A DNA stretch of 52,742 nucleotides from Octopus bimaculoides (taxonomy: Eukaryota), in the NCBI RefSeq assembly GCF_001194135.2, contig NC_068986.1, forward strand, positions 691,016-743,757. Reading direction: 5' to 3'. Below, one piece after another: positions 48,568 through 52,742 of this stretch. The translations under genes and the position numbers were made by a program. The notes below the pieces were generated by a model. That model saw only the letters and a list, made by a program, of their open reading frames with translations. It searched no databases and was not told the DNA's origin. Each line of letters opens with the position of its first letter. Positions within the stretch are counted from its first letter, which is position 1.

Positions 48568-50259
48568 TCTTTCATTTTCATCTTGGTTTGAAATGTTTCA
48601 GTATTAATTAGAGAGTTTATACAGTGCCAATTAGCTTATATGGAGTCCTATAAACACTGTGTTGGTGGAGACAAGTTTCACCTCATTTAATCCGAAATGA
48701 ATTTATACAACTTTTGAAATATCTAGTCATTCTAGACTCTCATTCTCTGCTGCTAACTGTAGCAGTAGAATTGCAATCATCTTGTATGTGTGTGTGTGTG
48801 TGCTGGTTTTTTCTTTAACTGTGTTAGTTGCACATTACTACTGATGTGAGGTTAACTTGACCTTGTTCTTATTAAAATAAATTAGTCCTATAAATTAAAT
48901 AACACATGCACATTAAAAAAGTGTAATTATGAAAATAATTGGATTCTTTATCTTTTTTTTTTTTGCAACAAAAAAATTTTGTTTATTTCCAATATATTCA
49001 TTTTTGACATACATTTTACGTTTTGAAGTGAAGGAAATTGTCTGAAAATAAGAATTGTACAATCTCTGATAAAACATTTTTTTTTTAATCATATTCAACA
49101 GTGCTTATCTTGAGTTTTTTGGTGCTTTTTTCCCTCCCCTCTATTTCTATTTTATTACTAAGATATTGGTGCTATATTGTGCTACAGAATATATAATGTT
49201 TTAGTCAACATTGCATGCAATAGACAGGTGTAAAAACCTATCCCTATTAAGCCCTTTTCATACCAATCTGCCTGAGACTATCCTTTTTGTTTTAAAATGA
49301 TCTAAATTAAATCTTTCCATCAACATTTCATGTTAATCTATATTCCAAACACCAGACAAAGTTATTTTACTAAATTCTTTGTTATTTAAAAAAAATTAAT
49401 TGGAACAACAGCTGTATATATTTCAGCAGAAATAGAGTAACGACGGTGTTAATTAGACAGTGTGATGAAGCCAATCAATGATAAAACTTCAAAGTCGTTT
49501 GGATGTTATTCACTGCACCATTATAAAGAATGATTTTAATGTGTCCTCATACAATCCTGTATAAAACTCTTATATCTGCTTGGGAATTTGGCTTCTGAGA
49601 AATAAAAAGAAATTATATATGTAATGGTAGATTTCACAGCTATTTAATACACCACCCAAATAACTCAACACAATGCTTCCAGTTAAAATGTGAGAAAAAG
49701 TTTGCTTATTTTCGGATAACCATTATTAACTCATTACGTTTAGGCATAACAGACTCACAAATCATCATCAGTATTTAATGTTACTATTATATGCTGGTAT
49801 GGGTTGAATTTTAAAATTTTTTTTTTGGGGGGGGGGGGGTCTGAGACACTGTTTTATGACCAAATACCTTTTTTTGATGTCAGCCCTTTCAGTTACTTCT
49901 TATGACATGTAGGAATGTAGTATACCTATTCTAAAATAAGATATGCACAGTAAAACAAATTTTAAAATGTATGAAAAAAACTACTTAGGTTCAGTTTCAC
50001 CGCACAGTACCTTCGGCAAGTGTCTTCTACTTTTACCTCAGGCTTACTAGTTACCTTGTGAGTAAAATCGGTAGATGGAAGGTGTGTGTGTGAAATTTGT
50101 CATTTCTGCATTTTGTCTTAAGTCATCTGAGTGAAACTAAGATGCAGCATTGTGATTTCATTCCTGGTGAATATTACAGTCCATTACTCTGTGCTTCTGA
50201 TGTGTTTAGAATAAAAACCGCCTTGTAAAAACAGGAAAAAGCTGACAACAACAAGAGCA

Positions 50260-50690
50260 TCCTCATTTAACGTCTGCTTTCCATGCTAGCATGGGTTTAA
50301 CTGGAGCTGCACCAGGCTCCATTCTGCTTTGGCTTGGTTTCTACAGCTGGATGCCCTTCTTAATGCCAACCACTTAACAGTGTGTACTGCTTGACTTTTA
50401 TGTGTTACCAGCATGTGTGCCTTTTACATGTCACCGGCACTGGCCACAACCACAATTGATGTGTCTTCTCAAGTATAGCAAATTGCCAGAGGTCTCAGTC
50501 ACATGACACAAACTCCATGAGACTCAACAACCAAACATCATATTTCACCACCTCGTCCAACATCTTCTTTAGTCTACTTCTTCTTCTTCAGATTTCCTCC
50601 ACAATTGGAGGTTGGCACTTCTTTATGCTGCTGTCCTTATCCATACTCATCACATGACCATACCAGTGCAGTCTTCTCTCTTGCACGCTA
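50260..50690 (-). mobile_element. Old RTE LINE 3' end: RT C-terminus joined to the family D tail
   Basis: The minus strand reads VQERRLHWYGHVMSMDKDSSIKKC, followed by the tttaacgtctgctttccatgctagcatggg / gatgcccttcttaatgccaaccac tail. Confidence 0.8.
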
Positions 50691-52494
50691 CAATCTAGCC
50701 ATTAATATATCATCTAAAAGATGTACCTGTCCATCCTGTGCCAGTATAGAAAAAAAATGAACAAATACATTTAGAGTTCAATCTTAGAGTTGAATTTTTT
50801 AACAATATTTATTTGATTTTTACCAATTAGTTTATTCATGTTTAGTTTATTTGTAATGTTATAACAAGTTTAATTAAGTCTGGTATGAAAAACAGATAAA
50901 TGTCAACGCAGCTTCAAAAAACACATGACCATGTGTGTTTTCATGTGATCTAATCTTGGTTAATCTTTTGTTGAGAATATGTTGATATTTTCTGACATTT
51001 CCAGATGATCAGATAATAATTAAAAACAAAAACGTTACATGACGAGCACATAATGAGCTATTCAGGAGCCTAAAGACAAAAAGGATTTCTTAGAAGAAGC
51101 TTTATAATATCTGTATGATCAGTTTATAAACAAAACTAACATTTTGTTTATAAATTGATCGAGTGTGTATTATGGCTCATGAGTACATTGACCACCTGAT
51201 ATAATAATTCTCACAGTACACTAGACTTTTACTCTGGCAATCAGCAGGTGTTAGGCATTTCTATCTCATTGGAACACCTGTTTAAACTGATTTCAGTATA
51301 TGTCACACAAATATTGTCTCTGTTGCCAATTATTTTACTTTTTTTCTTTTTTTTTTTTTTTTTTTTTTTTTTGTAAATTCAATAGATTCACATAAAATAG
51401 TCCACTTTCTGCTTCTACCACACTTTCTGTCTGACTTCTTCTCTTTCTCTCTGATTCACACACATGCGAACATAGGCTGGATAAATCGTCATAGTTTGTG
51501 TCCAGTTCTTATTTAGAGTTGTGATTGGGAGACCATGCCTTGTTCCACTTTGGCATGGTTTCTAATGGCTGGAATTTCGAAAACAATTTTATTGTACAAT
51601 ATTATAACCTCAGACTCTTAGAACCTAGAAATCCAAAGAATTATTTAAAAAAATAAAAAAAGTCTCCAGTGGGTACTGAGTCAGGAACTCACTTAAGGAG
51701 TTCAAAGTTTCTTTGGTATCGAAAGCAGTTCCTACAGACACTGTTTCATCACCATGCAACTGTTAATTCACTACAATATTAATCCCCTGAACTTTAACTC
51801 CAGGCAACACCAGGTATTTTGGTTAATGTTTTTGTGTGTGTGATGAAATATAAACAGCAGCCTGTTGCAAATGCAATAGGCCTGATATTATTCTGTAGGA
51901 CAGCAAATAAAAATCCTGCACTGTTGCAGAGGTCAGGTGCCCATTGCATGTGAATTTCTCAAATCAATCCCAGTACTATTTTACAGCTCTTAAATCTAGG
52001 CTATAGAATTTTTTGTTTATACCTTATATCGTAGATGCACTGGGTTATGTAACAATAGACTTATGTACTAGCAGAGAAATACTGTGTTCTCCAAGAAATA
52101 ACAAAACGAATTTATTTGCATCCTTCAAATACAATCACTTAGTAGCAGAATGAATATTTGTTTAACATTCTCCAGTTAAGGTCCCTAGATTGAATGTATA
52201 CTCACAATATCATGTGTACATGACGTTACATGCACATAAACTGTAATGAAACACATTTGTGTACTAAAGTGACAAGTACAACCGTTACAAGAGTGCAGTT
52301 ATCCACACATGCACCCACATGCAATTCATTCACATTTGCACAAATTGTTGACTCAAAAATAAAGATCATTCACTCACACATTTTACTCTTACAAAATTAG
52401 CACAACTCTCATCTCTATTTATTGTTTTAAACAAGTTGAATATGTCTTCTATAGTTTGACATATATATATGCAAAAGTGTAACGCATGTGTAAT

Positions 52495-52742
52495 CATCAT
52501 CATCATCATCATCATCGTTTAACGTCCGCTTTCCATGCTAGCATGGGTTGGACGATTTGACTGAGGACTGGTGAAACCGGATGGCAACACCAGGCTCCAG
52601 TCTGATTTGGCAGAGTTTCTACAGCTGGATGCCCTTCCTAACGCCAACCACTCAGAGAGTGTAGTGGGTGCTTTTACGTGTCACCCGCACGAAAACGGCC
52701 ACGCTCGAAATGGTGTCTTTTATGTGCCACCCGCACAAGCCA
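52495..52742 (-). mobile_element. Young RTE-tail repeat (family D), cut by the window end
   Basis: (CAT)n-cgtttaacgtccgctttccatgctagcatggg..; CpGs are intact in an otherwise CpG-poor region. Confidence 0.9.

Overview
AT-rich, microsatellite-dense eukaryotic genomic DNA with five assembly gaps (18071-18267, 19597-19606, 20174-20302, 22224-22655, 30567-31159). I recognise the SINE and LINE-tail families as those typical of octopus (cephalopod) assemblies; this is an inference from pattern recognition, not a search. No host protein-coding gene can be named. Most recognisable sequence is transposon debris: L1/Tx1-like and RTE-like LINE fragments, a Penelope GIY-YIG fragment, a full-length decayed mariner, a Buster-type hAT relic, a second hAT-like relic with an inverted filler, a Merlin-like MITE carrying TAACCC repeats, and many tRNA-derived SINEs, including a four-copy array. 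The best host-gene clues are a TATA/Inr + short non-coding exon + signal-peptide exon model at 5.8-6.6 kb, isolated splice-flanked segments further on, and a clear CpG-rich/CpG-poor mosaic that suggests gene bodies and a promoter island. The most unusual observations are a decayed type-III hammerhead-like fold at about 28.0 kb, the telomere-repeat MITE, two long inverted repeats and the SINE array. I found no convincing evidence of a new multi-gene system. Most ORFs in the supplied track are repeat- or gap-derived. Repeat boundaries are approximate unless TIR/TSD sequences are quoted.
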